Source of the DNA: Anaerohalosphaeraceae bacterium
GTDB lineage: Bacteria; Planctomycetota; Phycisphaerae; Sedimentisphaerales; Anaerohalosphaeraceae
Assembly: GCA_963675525.2 (NCBI GenBank)
Contig: CAXXSL010000013.1
Location: 1-64,000, forward strand
Direction of reading: 5' to 3'
Length of the DNA stretch: 64,000 nt
How positions within the stretch are numbered: position 1 is the first letter of the stretch; each line of letters opens with the position of its first letter. A model generated the notes under the pieces. It ran no database searches. It saw nothing but the letters and a program-made list of their open reading frames with translations, and had not been told where the DNA came from. Below, piece by piece: positions 49,072 to 62,401 of this stretch. Position numbers and translations under genes: made by a program.

Positions 49072-51087
49072 ATGAAAAAGTTTGTACTCCCAAAAATCTA
49101 TTTCGGTGGCGATTACACGCCCGAGCACTTCCCCAAAGAGGTCATGGAAGAAGACATGCGGCTGATGAAAAAAGCCGGCGTCAACATTGCCACCATTAAC
49201 GTCTTTACCTGGGCTCAACTGCAGCCAAATGAAGATACGTGGACTTTTGAGTGGCTTGATGAGGTTATGGACACCCTGACAAAAAACGGTATTTCCGCCG
49301 ACCTCGGAACCGCCACCGCCTCAACGCCGGCGTGGATGGCTAAAAAATACCCGGAAATTTTACCCATTGACGAAAAGGGCCTGCCCTTCCATCATGGGTC
49401 ACGTCAGACATTCAACCCCAACAGTCCGGTGTATAGAATGCTAAGCAAACAGTTGGTTCGCAAGATCGCCGAACGTTATAAAAATCATCCCGCGTTATGC
49501 ATGTGGCACGTTAATAACGAATTATCACAACTGCTTAACTATGATTACAGCGATATTACAAAAGAGAAATTTCAAAACTGGTGCAAAGAAAAATACGGTC
49601 GGTGCGAAAATCTGAATAAAAAGCTGGGTTTGCATTTCTGGGCCAACAATGTTTACGAGTGGGATGAATTAATGCCTCCCATGAGAACATGCCACCAGGT
49701 CAGCACCAGCCTATTACTCGAATGGAAACGTTTTACGAATGAATGCTACATGGAAGTTGCCCAATATGAAATCGACATCCTGCGTGAAATCACGCCTGAT
49801 ATACCGATCACTACAAACTTCCTTTACGAGTTTAAAACACTGGACTACTTTGCCTGGGCGGATATGATTGACTTCATATCCGTCAGCTCCTTCCCGGACC
49901 CCAAAACCAACAATCCTCCGGGCGAAGCGGCACTGAGCCACTCCATCATGCGCGGCCTGAAAGATCAACCCTTCGTTCTGCTTGAGCAGGCCCCCAGCCA
50001 GGTGAACTGGCGGCTGGCCAATGTGAATAAAAAGCCCGGCGTGATGCGGCTTTGGAGCCACCAGGGCATGGCCCATGGTTCGGACAGTTTCCTGTTCTTC
50101 CAGTGGCGAGCGTCTGTGCACGGCTCTGAAAAGTTCCACTCCGCCATGGTGCCGCACATCGGCGAAAACTCCCGCGTCTTCAGAGAAATGACCGAATTGG
50201 GAAATGAACTGCCCAACCTCAAAGAGATCGTCGGCAGTGACGTGCAGGCTGATGTCGCAATCGTATTAGACTACAACAACTGGTGGACGGTGGAATTTAC
50301 GCCCGGTCCCACAGCACTGCTGAAGTACCTGGAAAACCTGCAGGCTTACTACTATCCATTGCACGAGCAGAATATTACGGCAGACATCGTCCCGTATGAC
50401 AGAGACCTGAGTAAATACAAAGTCGTCATCGCCCCGCTTCTGTACATGGTGAAGCCGGGCTTTAAAGAATCGGTTGAGAAATTTGTGTCCGAAGGCGGCA
50501 CATTCATTACCACTTTCTTCAGTGGTGTCGTCAACGAGTACGACGAAGTGTTCCAAGGGGGGTATCCGGGACCACTCAGTGATGTCATGGGTCTGAAGGT
50601 CGAGGAATTCGAAGCCATGAAACCCTACATTAACAACAGCCTCGTGATGAACGGCACCCTGCCTAACGTTTCAGGCCAGTTCCAGTCAAAACTCTGGTGC
50701 GATATCCTGCAACTGGGCACGGCACAGTCTCTTGCGGAATACGGAGATGATTTCTTCAAAGGCACCTCTGCCCTGACGGTTAATAAGTTTGGAAAAGGCA
50801 AAGCTTATTACGTTGCCACCCTGCCCGATAATGGATTCATGCGGCAATTCCTCCGGCAGGTTTGTGCCGACCAGGGAATAAAACCTGTGCTTGAAGCACC
50901 GGAAAGAGTCGAGGCCGTAATTCGTTCCAACGAAAATAACAAATACCTCTTCGTCATGAATCACAACTATGAGCCCGTAGAAGTGACACTGCCTGAGGGC
51001 AACCATTTCAATCTGCTGACACAGCAGAAAATGGAAGGCACGATCAAAATTGATGCGGTACAATCGCTTATTTTAAGAAAAGGATAA
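49072..51087 (+). CDS. GH42 beta-galactosidase
   Basis: FGGDY.PE, WHVNNE, LEQAP, FFQWR...GSEKFH and a trimerisation-domain-like C-terminus. Confidence 0.92.
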   Translation: MKKFVLPKIYFGGDYTPEHFPKEVMEEDMRLMKKAGVNIATINVFTWAQLQPNEDTWTFEWLDEVMDTLTKNGISADLGTATASTPAWMAKKYPEILPIDEKGLPFHHGSRQTFNPNSPVYRMLSKQLVRKIAERYKNHPALCMWHVNNELSQLLNYDYSDITKEKFQNWCKEKYGRCENLNKKLGLHFWANNVYEWDELMPPMRTCHQVSTSLLLEWKRFTNECYMEVAQYEIDILREITPDIPITTNFLYEFKTLDYFAWADMIDFISVSSFPDPKTNNPPGEAALSHSIMRGLKDQPFVLLEQAPSQVNWRLANVNKKPGVMRLWSHQGMAHGSDSFLFFQWRASVHGSEKFHSAMVPHIGENSRVFREMTELGNELPNLKEIVGSDVQADVAIVLDYNNWWTVEFTPGPTALLKYLENLQAYYYPLHEQNITADIVPYDRDLSKYKVVIAPLLYMVKPGFKESVEKFVSEGGTFITTFFSGVVNEYDEVFQGGYPGPLSDVMGLKVEEFEAMKPYINNSLVMNGTLPNVSGQFQSKLWCDILQLGTAQSLAEYGDDFFKGTSALTVNKFGKGKAYYVATLPDNGFMRQFLRQVCADQGIKPVLEAPERVEAVIRSNENNKYLFVMNHNYEPVEVTLPEGNHFNLLTQQKMEGTIKIDAVQSLILRKG

Positions 51088-51101
51088 ATAGGGAACTGAA
51101 T

Positions 51102-53288
51102 ATGGATAAAAAAATACACGCAAAACGAGGCGGTTTCACCCTTCCTGCACAGGCCGGAATGGATGATGTCGTTCTCGATCTGGCAAAACGCTGGGGCGCG
51201 GACGCCTTCCGTGACTCGGACGGGACCGTCCTTTCCGATTCGATCACTGAACTGGGCTGGGACATCTACTCAACCCTCTGCCTGATTCGCGCGGACCAGG
51301 AATGGAACAAGGCCCATCCTGAAGACAACCAGCAGAAGTACCTCTACTCCACACCGCAAACGGCACGCGAGTCAACCATGAAAATTGACATCCTTGCACG
51401 TTATTCAAACGAACAGTTTAAAATCGATGAAGTGAATGACTGCAAAAAATACTGGGAAGTCGTCAACCGGACCACCGGTCAGGTCGTTCCCGCGTCTGAC
51501 TGGGACTATGCCGACGGTATCGTCACGGTCAAGAACTGCACCCAATGGAATGTTTACGTCGTTAATTTTCTGGTTTACCAGATATGGGAAACCACCTCGA
51601 TGTACAACCACCTTACGAATAACTGGGACAAGCCGCATCAGTCCGGCATCGACCCCCGAAAGCCCGAGACACGCAAGCACATGGCCAAGTTCCTCGACAA
51701 GTGGCTCCAAACCCATCCGAACACAGATTGGGTACGTTTTACGTCCATGGCCTATCAGTTTCCGATCATCACCAACCCAAAGCACCAAACGCTCTATCAG
51801 GATTGGTACGGCTACCTTGACTGCATGTCCGCACAGGCACTTGACGAATTCGAAGCTAAGAAAGGTTACCGTCTCCGTCCCAATGACATCGTTGACAATG
51901 GTTACTTCAACTCTTCCAGCCGCGTGCCGACCAAGGCCTACCTCGACTGGATCGAATTCGTGCATGAGTTCCTGGTCGCGTTTTCCGGAGATTGCGTCAA
52001 ACAGGTTCACGATGCCGGCAAGAAAGCGATCCTCTTTTACTGCGACCACTGGATCGGCACCGAGCCCTATAAGCCGAAATTCCAGGACATCGGTTTCGAC
52101 GGGATCGTCGGCCCCTGCATCAACGGCCGTGAAGTTCGCCGTATTGCCGACATTCCGGGCGATCTGATCAAGGAACTACGTCTGTATCCTTACTTTTTCC
52201 CCGTGAACCTCATGAGCGAACCGTCCTTCAAGGAAGGCGGCGATCCTGTCGGCGAGTGCAAACGCTACTGGATGTGGATTCGCCGTGCCATGCTCCGCAA
52301 GCTCGTTCACCGAATCGGTTACGGCGGCTATCTTGATCTGGCGGTTAAATTCCCCGACTTCATCGACTACGTCGAGCATCAGACAAAGGAGTACTTCAAG
52401 ATTACTGAAAACACGCACTTTACGCCGGTTGAGAACGCACCGTTCAAAGTGGCGATCCTTAACGCCTGGGGGAAAGCGCGTTCCTGGGGCTTCGATCAGT
52501 CCTGGCCTCTCGGCGGGATCACCGAATCTCTGTCCGGCCAGCCTTTTGACCTGGAGTGGATATCTTTCGATGACATCAAGAAAAACGGAATTCCTAAAGA
52601 TGTGGGTGTCGTTATCAACCTCGGCGTTGCCGGCACTTCATGGAGCGGCGGCCATCACTGGAAAGATCCCCAGGTTGTTGCCATCATCCGTCAATGGGTT
52701 GACGCCGGCGGCGGTTTTCTCGGTATCATCGACCCGACCGCTTGTGAAAACGGCGGTGCCTACTACCAGTTGTGGGATATCCTCGGCGTTCAGAAAGAAA
52801 TCGGCCTCTCCGGCGACTGCAAGAAAGTGATATCCACGAACATCACGAAGGGCCATTTTCTCGCCGCTGACTTAGCCGGTACGAATCCCAGTCTCGGAAA
52901 GCATGTTCAAACGATCTATCCCTGCATCGAATGCACACAGATCATCGCCAAAGATGACGAGGGAAGCGTCACGATCGCCGCCAATGACTTCGGCACAGGC
53001 CGCGGTGTTTACCTCGCAGGTTTCCAGCTTGGCGCCGAGCAAAACCGTCTCCTGCAGCGAGCTATTTGGTACGCAGCAGGCAGAGAAAACGAAATGGCGA
53101 AAAAATGGTTCTCGACCAACATTGAAACCGAGATCGCCGGCTATCCCAAAACCCGTAAATATATTGTGATCAACAACTCGTATGAGCCGCAAACCACGAC
53201 GATTACCGATCAGAACGGCAACGAAAGAAAAGTCTCGCTCGAGGCCAACGCATCTAAATGGTTCGATTTCGATGGAAATGAGATTTAA
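51102..53288 (+). CDS. GH112 beta-galactoside phosphorylase
   Basis: GGFTLP, WGADAFRDSDGT, MYNHLTN.W, DHWIGTEP, ELRLYPYFFP and RIGYGGY. Confidence 0.92.
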   Translation: MDKKIHAKRGGFTLPAQAGMDDVVLDLAKRWGADAFRDSDGTVLSDSITELGWDIYSTLCLIRADQEWNKAHPEDNQQKYLYSTPQTARESTMKIDILARYSNEQFKIDEVNDCKKYWEVVNRTTGQVVPASDWDYADGIVTVKNCTQWNVYVVNFLVYQIWETTSMYNHLTNNWDKPHQSGIDPRKPETRKHMAKFLDKWLQTHPNTDWVRFTSMAYQFPIITNPKHQTLYQDWYGYLDCMSAQALDEFEAKKGYRLRPNDIVDNGYFNSSSRVPTKAYLDWIEFVHEFLVAFSGDCVKQVHDAGKKAILFYCDHWIGTEPYKPKFQDIGFDGIVGPCINGREVRRIADIPGDLIKELRLYPYFFPVNLMSEPSFKEGGDPVGECKRYWMWIRRAMLRKLVHRIGYGGYLDLAVKFPDFIDYVEHQTKEYFKITENTHFTPVENAPFKVAILNAWGKARSWGFDQSWPLGGITESLSGQPFDLEWISFDDIKKNGIPKDVGVVINLGVAGTSWSGGHHWKDPQVVAIIRQWVDAGGGFLGIIDPTACENGGAYYQLWDILGVQKEIGLSGDCKKVISTNITKGHFLAADLAGTNPSLGKHVQTIYPCIECTQIIAKDDEGSVTIAANDFGTGRGVYLAGFQLGAEQNRLLQRAIWYAAGRENEMAKKWFSTNIETEIAGYPKTRKYIVINNSYEPQTTTITDQNGNERKVSLEANASKWFDFDGNEI

Positions 53289-53366
53289 GGAATAGAATGA
53301 CGAAAATTTGAGCTTAAAACCGGCTCTTATTTCACTGTATATTTAGATTTTGGAAACAACCTATAA

Positions 53367-56537
<3,171 letters not shown>

Positions 56538-56579
56538 ATCGCTAAAAATTCTTTTTGAGAAGTCTTAGATATCAACCAT

Positions 56580-56613
56580 AAAAAAGGTTTGGGCTAAAAA
56601 CCCAAACCTTTTT
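56580..56613. terminator. Bidirectional intrinsic terminator
   Basis: AAAAAGGTTTGGG-ctaaaaa-CCCAAACCTTTTT between convergent genes. Confidence 0.85.
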
Positions 56614-56687
56614 CTATTTTAAAAGAAACCCAAAGCACCAGGAAACGTTCCGCTTTTTGGATCGTTAGTCAGGAGGGAGCAGGACTC

Positions 56688-58067
56688 TTATAATGCCTTT
56701 TCTAAAACATCCGTGATTTGAAGGTCCAGCGGTTCTACCTTCGACCCAAAATAACCGATCGTTTTTCCGTTCCTGTCGATCAGAAATTTATTGAAGTTCC
56801 AGGTAATGGACTTGCCAAATTCTCCGTTTTCTTCAGGGCTGGTCAGATACTGATAGAGGGGGTGAATATCCTTTCCCTTAACGGAGATCTTTGAAAACAT
56901 GGGAAAAGTAACATTGAACTTCGTTGAGCAGAAAGTCTTGATTTGAGAATCAGTGCCCGGTTCCTGCCCCATAAAGTTATTCGCAGGAAATCCCAGAACG
57001 ACAAAGCCCTGATCTTTATACTTTTCATAGAGTTTCTGTAAGTCTGCATATTGGTTGGTAAAACCGCATTTGCTGGCCGTGTTGACAACAAAGACCACTT
57101 TCCCCTGATACTGTGACAAGGAAACAGGATTTCCATCAATATCCGTCATTGTAAATGAATAGAATTTGCTTTGTATATCAGTCATATTCATAGAGTATAA
57201 TGATTTTCGGGCCGTAATAAACAGTGTTTTTTTCTCTTTTCCTCCAAAACAGACATTTGATGGGATTTCCGGAACCTGAATTGTTAGAATCAGCTTGCCC
57301 GTGGGGTCGTAAACCGTAACGGCCCGGGCTGTCAGATAAAGATTTCCACTCTCATCCAGCGTCATCCCGTCGGAACCCTGCTCAGCAAAAATCTTTTTGT
57401 CTGACACTGTTCCATCGGGGTTGACCTTATAGACATACGTCTTATTGGCTCCATGGTCAGCAACATACAGTGATTTTCCATCCGGCGTGCCGATCGCTCC
57501 ATTGGGTCTGACCATATCGTGAATAACGCGAATCACTTTTTTTTGGTCAGGAGAAAGATAATAGACATGCTCACCGTTCTGTGGAAGGTTTTCTCTATAC
57601 CCATATCTGGGATCCGTGAAATAAATCCCTCCTTGCGGGTCGATCCACAGGTCATTCGGGCTGTTAAAGGCTTTCCCTTCATAACTGTCAGCTAACACCG
57701 TTTTACTCCCCTGCGGGTCGATAGACACTATTTTTCCTGTCCCTCCTGCACAAACAATGAGATTCCCATCCTTATCAAAGAACAGTCCATTAGCACCTTC
57801 CGAGTTTTCCATAAAGGTCGATAGTGTGCCGTTAATAGACCATTTATGAATACGATTATTGGGAATATCGGAGAAATAGACATTCCCTTTCTTGTCGGCT
57901 GCCGGACCTTCTGTGAACTGAAAACCATCTGCAAGTTTTTGCACATTGGATTCAAAAAGAATCTTTTGATTGTCAGATCGCCCCTGACCATTAATCCCTG
58001 AAACAAGAAGTGTGATGAGGATAACAACAATGCCGATTTGATTAATCTTCATCATAAGCCCTTTCAA
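56688..58067 (-). CDS. SMP-30/gluconolactonase fused to a C-terminal glutathione-peroxidase-family domain
   Basis: FTEGP, NSPND, IYFTDP, PNG, DGM.LD and NVCFGG, then VVNTASKCGFT, LGFPANNF..QEP and WNF.KFLID. Confidence 0.88.
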   Translation of the reverse strand: MKGLMMKINQIGIVVILITLLVSGINGQGRSDNQKILFESNVQKLADGFQFTEGPAADKKGNVYFSDIPNNRIHKWSINGTLSTFMENSEGANGLFFDKDGNLIVCAGGTGKIVSIDPQGSKTVLADSYEGKAFNSPNDLWIDPQGGIYFTDPRYGYRENLPQNGEHVYYLSPDQKKVIRVIHDMVRPNGAIGTPDGKSLYVADHGANKTYVYKVNPDGTVSDKKIFAEQGSDGMTLDESGNLYLTARAVTVYDPTGKLILTIQVPEIPSNVCFGGKEKKTLFITARKSLYSMNMTDIQSKFYSFTMTDIDGNPVSLSQYQGKVVFVVNTASKCGFTNQYADLQKLYEKYKDQGFVVLGFPANNFMGQEPGTDSQIKTFCSTKFNVTFPMFSKISVKGKDIHPLYQYLTSPEENGEFGKSITWNFNKFLIDRNGKTIGYFGSKVEPLDLQITDVLEKAL

Positions 58068-58090
58068 GAATGGGGGTGTTCCGTTCTCAT

Positions 58091-59008
58091 TCAGATATCT
58101 GCCTTCGCCTGCTTTTCAAAAATCGGATTCAATGTTGAGGCAAGAATCTTTAACTTTTCGAGTTGCTGCTGAGTCATTGGTTTGATATCAGCAAGCAGAT
58201 CTAGTGCCATATTAAAGAGCCGCTCATCTCCCGGCGGCAGTGCTGCTGTAACAGGCTGACTCAATGTAAAAGACATCGCCAGCTTTGCATCCTCACGGTC
58301 TGTGATGGGCTGATACCAGCATTTTGGATATTGTTTTCGTACTGGGTCATCCTCAGGAGCACGTTGGCGAGCTAACATTTTCAGGGCGAGAATCGCCATC
58401 TGCTTTTTTTGAGCTTTTTGCATCACTTCCGGACTGAAATTCCCTTTCAGATAACCGGCAAAATTGACAGGAAATAGTACCGAATCAAAATCATATCGTT
58501 TCATGGCCTCCATGGCCGCCGCACACGAGTGGGCAGAGAAACCCAAATAACGAATCCGTCCTTGTTTTTTTTCTTCCAGCAACAATTTCATCACCCCGTC
58601 GTCGGCAAAAGCCCGCTCCACATCTTCTTCGACATCGGTAATGGCATGGAGTTGGTAGAGATCGAAATGATCCGTTTTCATGTGCTTTAATGACACTTCA
58701 AATTCCTGCCTGGCAGCCGTGTAGTCTCTTTGAGTTGTTTTACAGGCCAAGAAGACATTCTTGCGATACGGTTTCAAGGCGGGCCCCAGTTTTGTTTCGG
58801 CTTCAGTCTCACCATAGCTGGGGGCGACGTCAAAGTAGTTAATCCCCCTTTCATAGGCCCGGGCAACGATACGATTCGCCTTGTCCTGCTCATGGCCCAT
58901 GGCGATAATGCCCCCAAATCCGATCACAGAAAGCATGATATCGGTTTTTCCATATCTGCGTTTTGGAATGAATCCCGGCTTGTGTTCTGAGTTTTTTTGT
59001 GATTTCAT
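58091..59008 (-). CDS. Aldo/keto reductase
   Basis: SVIGFGG, GINYFDVAPSYG, FLACK, DLYQLH and RYLGFSAH. Start probably 59008. Confidence 0.9.
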   Translation of the reverse strand: MKSQKNSEHKPGFIPKRRYGKTDIMLSVIGFGGIIAMGHEQDKANRIVARAYERGINYFDVAPSYGETEAETKLGPALKPYRKNVFLACKTTQRDYTAARQEFEVSLKHMKTDHFDLYQLHAITDVEEDVERAFADDGVMKLLLEEKKQGRIRYLGFSAHSCAAAMEAMKRYDFDSVLFPVNFAGYLKGNFSPEVMQKAQKKQMAILALKMLARQRAPEDDPVRKQYPKCWYQPITDREDAKLAMSFTLSQPVTAALPPGDERLFNMALDLLADIKPMTQQQLEKLKILASTLNPIFEKQAKADI

Positions 59009-59093
59009 GATTTCCCCAAAAGATTGAGCCGGTTTAGATTCAAGAAGAAGCATTGAATCAGAGTGTCCATTCGGAACACTTTATACAATGGGG

Positions 59094-59121
59094 ATTATAT
59101 CGCCTTACCCCCTGATGTCAA
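59094..59121 (-). promoter_or_regulatory. Consensus sigma70 promoter for the AKR operon
   Basis: Exact TTGACA-N16-TATAAT on the minus strand; divergent TGGACA-N16-TATGAT at 59193-59220. Confidence 0.75.
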
Positions 59122-59276
59122 CTGCAATCTCGCACCTGCCGGTCGACATCAAAGCGGTAAGTATACAGGTGCCTGTAAAAAAGGTAAAACAATGGACATT
59201 CAACCATTTTTTGGTATGATACTGTCACGCTATTTTTTTCATCTATATAAATTTAACAGCAGAAAGGTCTAATAAA

Positions 59277-61667
59277 ATGACTCAAATTTCATATGTGAAA
59301 ATATCCCGTTTTTTTTGTGCTCTGATGTTAATCTCCTGTCCTTTGGTGTATGCCGGATCAGTGCAGGTTGTACCAACACCGAATCCACCGGGACAGCCGC
59401 AACCGGTGTTCGGAATCGAGGGCCGCAATTTTGTTTTTGACAGCAAACCGTCAGTCATTATCTCCGGGTCGGTTCATTATCCGCGTATTCCGCAGGCCTA
59501 CTGGCGTGACCGCCTGAAAAAAGCACGTGCGATGGGCCTCAATACGATCAGCACCTATGTCTTCTGGAATGCGCATGAAAAAACGCCAGGCGAATTCGAT
59601 TTTACCGGTAATTTGGATATCGCCGAATTCTGTAAGGTTGCACAGGAAGAAGGACTATGGGTAATCGTGCGGCCCAGTCCGTATGTGTGTTCGGAATGGG
59701 ATTTTGGGGGGTTGCCGGCATGGCTTTTGAAAGACCCGGACATGGAAGTGCGTACCAGCAATCCGAAGTTCCTGGAAGCGACGGGACGCTATCTGAAAGA
59801 GGTCGGCAAGCAACTTGCGCCGCTGCAGGCCTCCAAAGGCGGACCGATTATTATGGTGCAGGTCGAAAATGAGTATGCCGTTTTCGGAAATGACCGCAAA
59901 TACTACGAAACGATCAAGAACCAAACAGCAGAGGCATTTCCTGACGTGGTGCTGATCCACTGTGATTGGCCGCGGGATGACACGATCAAAGGCGGACATC
60001 TGGACGGTGTACTACCGACAATGAATTTCGGCGACAATCCGCAATGGGCGTTTGAACAGTTTGACCGTTTCTATCCGGACTTGCCGCGGATGTCCGGCGA
60101 GTTCTGGACGGGCTGGTTTGACCACTGGGGCGCACAGCACCACACGACCAGTGGCAAAGAAAAAGCCCGGCTGGTTGATTGGATGCTGGAAAACGCCATC
60201 TCGTTCAATCTATACATGTTCATTGGCGGCACAAATTTCGGTTTTACGTCCGGGGCAAACTGGTCGGGTAAATATAGCTGTGATACGACCAGCTACGATT
60301 ACTCAGCAAATCTTCACGAGGCCGGTAATCCGGCTGAAAAGTTTGTTGATTTTCGGGATGCGATATTGAAACACCTGCCGGAAGGGACGAAACTGCCCGA
60401 TCTGCCGAAGCCTATAGGACGCATTGAAATCCCGGAAATCAAAATGGCGCAGATGGCGTCGTTTATGCAGTTGCAGGGAAAAGCCTATACCGCGAATACC
60501 CCGACGTATATGGAAGCACTGGATCAGACACAAGGACTGATGCTGTACCGGGCGCATGTCAAGGGGCCAAAGATCGGCAGGTTGGAATTCACAACGGTCA
60601 AAGACCGGGCGATCGTGATGCTTGACGGCAAACGCGTCGGGACACTAGACCGGCGAAATGATAACGAGCGGGCCATGAAGATCGAAATCGGTGAAGGCAA
60701 TGTGGTTCTGGATGTCCTGGTCGAGAATATGGGGCATCTGAACTTTTCCCGCAACCTGATCACGGACCGCAAGGGTATTCCGGGCGAGGTGAAACTCAAT
60801 GGCGAGGTGTTGAGTGACTGGAAGATGTATTCATTCCCGTTGGATGATTTGAGCGGACTGACATTCGAGGCGGTTGAAACACCGAAGGACCAGATGCCGT
60901 ACTTTTATAAGGCGATGTTTAACCTCGAAAAAATCGGCGATACGTTCCTCGATATGCGAAGCTGGGGCAAGGGCATGGTTTGGGTAAACGGTTACAATCT
61001 CGGTCGGTACTGGGAGATCGGGCCGCAGCAGACGCTTTACATGCCGGGCTGCTGGCTGAAAGAAGGGACCAATGAGATCATTGTGCTTGATATCGAACCG
61101 CGCGAACATTATACGGTCAAGGGTCTGACCGAGCCGGTTTATGAACTTAAAACCTCAGTCAATTTGAAATACTATCGCAAACCGGGCCAGACCATTAAGC
61201 TTGACGCAAAAGATATTGTCTCCGAAGGTTCGTTCCATCCGGGAGCTACCGAGCAAAAGGTTGATTTCGGCAAGACCATCCCGACGCGATATATTTGCAT
61301 TGAGACATTAAATTCTCAGAATAACGATCAATACGCGTCAATTGCTGAAATTCATATGCTGGATGCCAAGGGGCAAAAGATCGACCGGAATCCATGGAAG
61401 GTGGTTTATGCCGACAGCGAAGAACTGGTCGGTCAGTCCGGGGGTGCAGATAACGTGATCGACGAACAGCCGGTGACGATCTGGCATACGCAGTGGGAAG
61501 GCGGCAGCACACCACCCCATCCGCATCAATTGGTGCTGGATATGGGCAAGGTTCAGGATGTTTCGGCGATGCTGTATCTGCCGCGGGCCGATAGCCGCAA
61601 CGGACGGATCAAGGATTATCGTATTTACGCCCGAAAAACGTCATTTGATGGACTTGACGACAAGTAA
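59277..61667 (+). CDS. GH35 beta-galactosidase with C-terminal F5/8 type C (discoidin/CBM32-like) domain
   Basis: SGSVHYPR, GLNT..YVFWN.HE, QVENEY, EFWTGWFD.WG, LYMF.GGTNFG, GRYW.IGPQ and TIWHTQW...YLPR. Confidence 0.92.
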   Translation: MTQISYVKISRFFCALMLISCPLVYAGSVQVVPTPNPPGQPQPVFGIEGRNFVFDSKPSVIISGSVHYPRIPQAYWRDRLKKARAMGLNTISTYVFWNAHEKTPGEFDFTGNLDIAEFCKVAQEEGLWVIVRPSPYVCSEWDFGGLPAWLLKDPDMEVRTSNPKFLEATGRYLKEVGKQLAPLQASKGGPIIMVQVENEYAVFGNDRKYYETIKNQTAEAFPDVVLIHCDWPRDDTIKGGHLDGVLPTMNFGDNPQWAFEQFDRFYPDLPRMSGEFWTGWFDHWGAQHHTTSGKEKARLVDWMLENAISFNLYMFIGGTNFGFTSGANWSGKYSCDTTSYDYSANLHEAGNPAEKFVDFRDAILKHLPEGTKLPDLPKPIGRIEIPEIKMAQMASFMQLQGKAYTANTPTYMEALDQTQGLMLYRAHVKGPKIGRLEFTTVKDRAIVMLDGKRVGTLDRRNDNERAMKIEIGEGNVVLDVLVENMGHLNFSRNLITDRKGIPGEVKLNGEVLSDWKMYSFPLDDLSGLTFEAVETPKDQMPYFYKAMFNLEKIGDTFLDMRSWGKGMVWVNGYNLGRYWEIGPQQTLYMPGCWLKEGTNEIIVLDIEPREHYTVKGLTEPVYELKTSVNLKYYRKPGQTIKLDAKDIVSEGSFHPGATEQKVDFGKTIPTRYICIETLNSQNNDQYASIAEIHMLDAKGQKIDRNPWKVVYADSEELVGQSGGADNVIDEQPVTIWHTQWEGGSTPPHPHQLVLDMGKVQDVSAMLYLPRADSRNGRIKDYRIYARKTSFDGLDDK

Positions 61668-61892
61668 TCAGCAGTCCGGCGCGGAGTGGGGAAAGCCGTT
61701 GGGTCGCACACCCGCATCGTCAATAAACGCTGCGGCCGGATAAGTCTTGTTATTGGGAAGTTCGTCTTTGTCTTGTAATAAATGCAAAAAAAGACAGTTT
61801 TAAGAAAGTTTTCTGTTAAACATTGCCGATTATTTAGTATTACAGTAGAAAAAACAGGATGTTAAATTAACACAAGAGAAAGGGAATGAAAT

Positions 61893-62210
61893 ATGAAAAA
61901 TGTTGGTTTGCTCGGAATATTGGCGGTATTTGTACTTTTGGCAGGATGTCAGGATACTCAACTAATGAATTGTCAACAGGAAAATCAAGTCTTGCAGACG
62001 CAATTGGATCAGGCCAATACCACTGTCGCCAAAAAAGACAAGATGATCGAAGACCTTAAAGGAGAGATTCAAGCTGTCAATCAAAAAGCCTTTGAGAGCA
62101 TTCGGACGATACTGGAGAAACAGAATACCAAGGATGTAGAGCTTAAAAACAAGCTCAAGGAAAAGGAAGCCCTGGTTAAAGAGCTTCAGCAAAAACTCGA
62201 AGCGATGTAG
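61893..62210 (+). CDS. Small coiled-coil lipoprotein
   Basis: Lipobox VLLAGC followed by a heptad-rich sequence. Confidence 0.7.
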   Translation: MKNVGLLGILAVFVLLAGCQDTQLMNCQQENQVLQTQLDQANTTVAKKDKMIEDLKGEIQAVNQKAFESIRTILEKQNTKDVELKNKLKEKEALVKELQQKLEAM

Positions 62211-62279
62211 GCCCCAGCAACAACAGACTGATATGGAAGCGGGCAAAATGTAAAGAATACAGTCAATCGTAAGATTTCT

Positions 62280-62313
62280 AACGGCGAATTTCTTCGGGAT
62301 TTCGCCGTTTTTT
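62280..62313 (+). terminator. Intrinsic terminator
   Basis: AACGGCGAA...TTCGCCGTT followed by a T-tract. Confidence 0.65.
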
Positions 62314-62401
62314 ATTACGATTGGGTGGAAGATTATTGAACGGGTGTATCTACCCATTCAATTATTATCAACCCATCAATAGTAACGTCTAACAATCACA
62401 T

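Noticed and set aside
57040..57090. Selenocysteine in the GPx domain
   Set aside because: The active-site codon is TGC (Cys) and the frame has no in-frame TGA.
61675..61741. GC-rich foldback after GH35 as a possible ncRNA (SRP or riboswitch)
   Set aside because: Lacks the SRP and known riboswitch consensus motifs I can recognise; more simply a 3' stem-loop.
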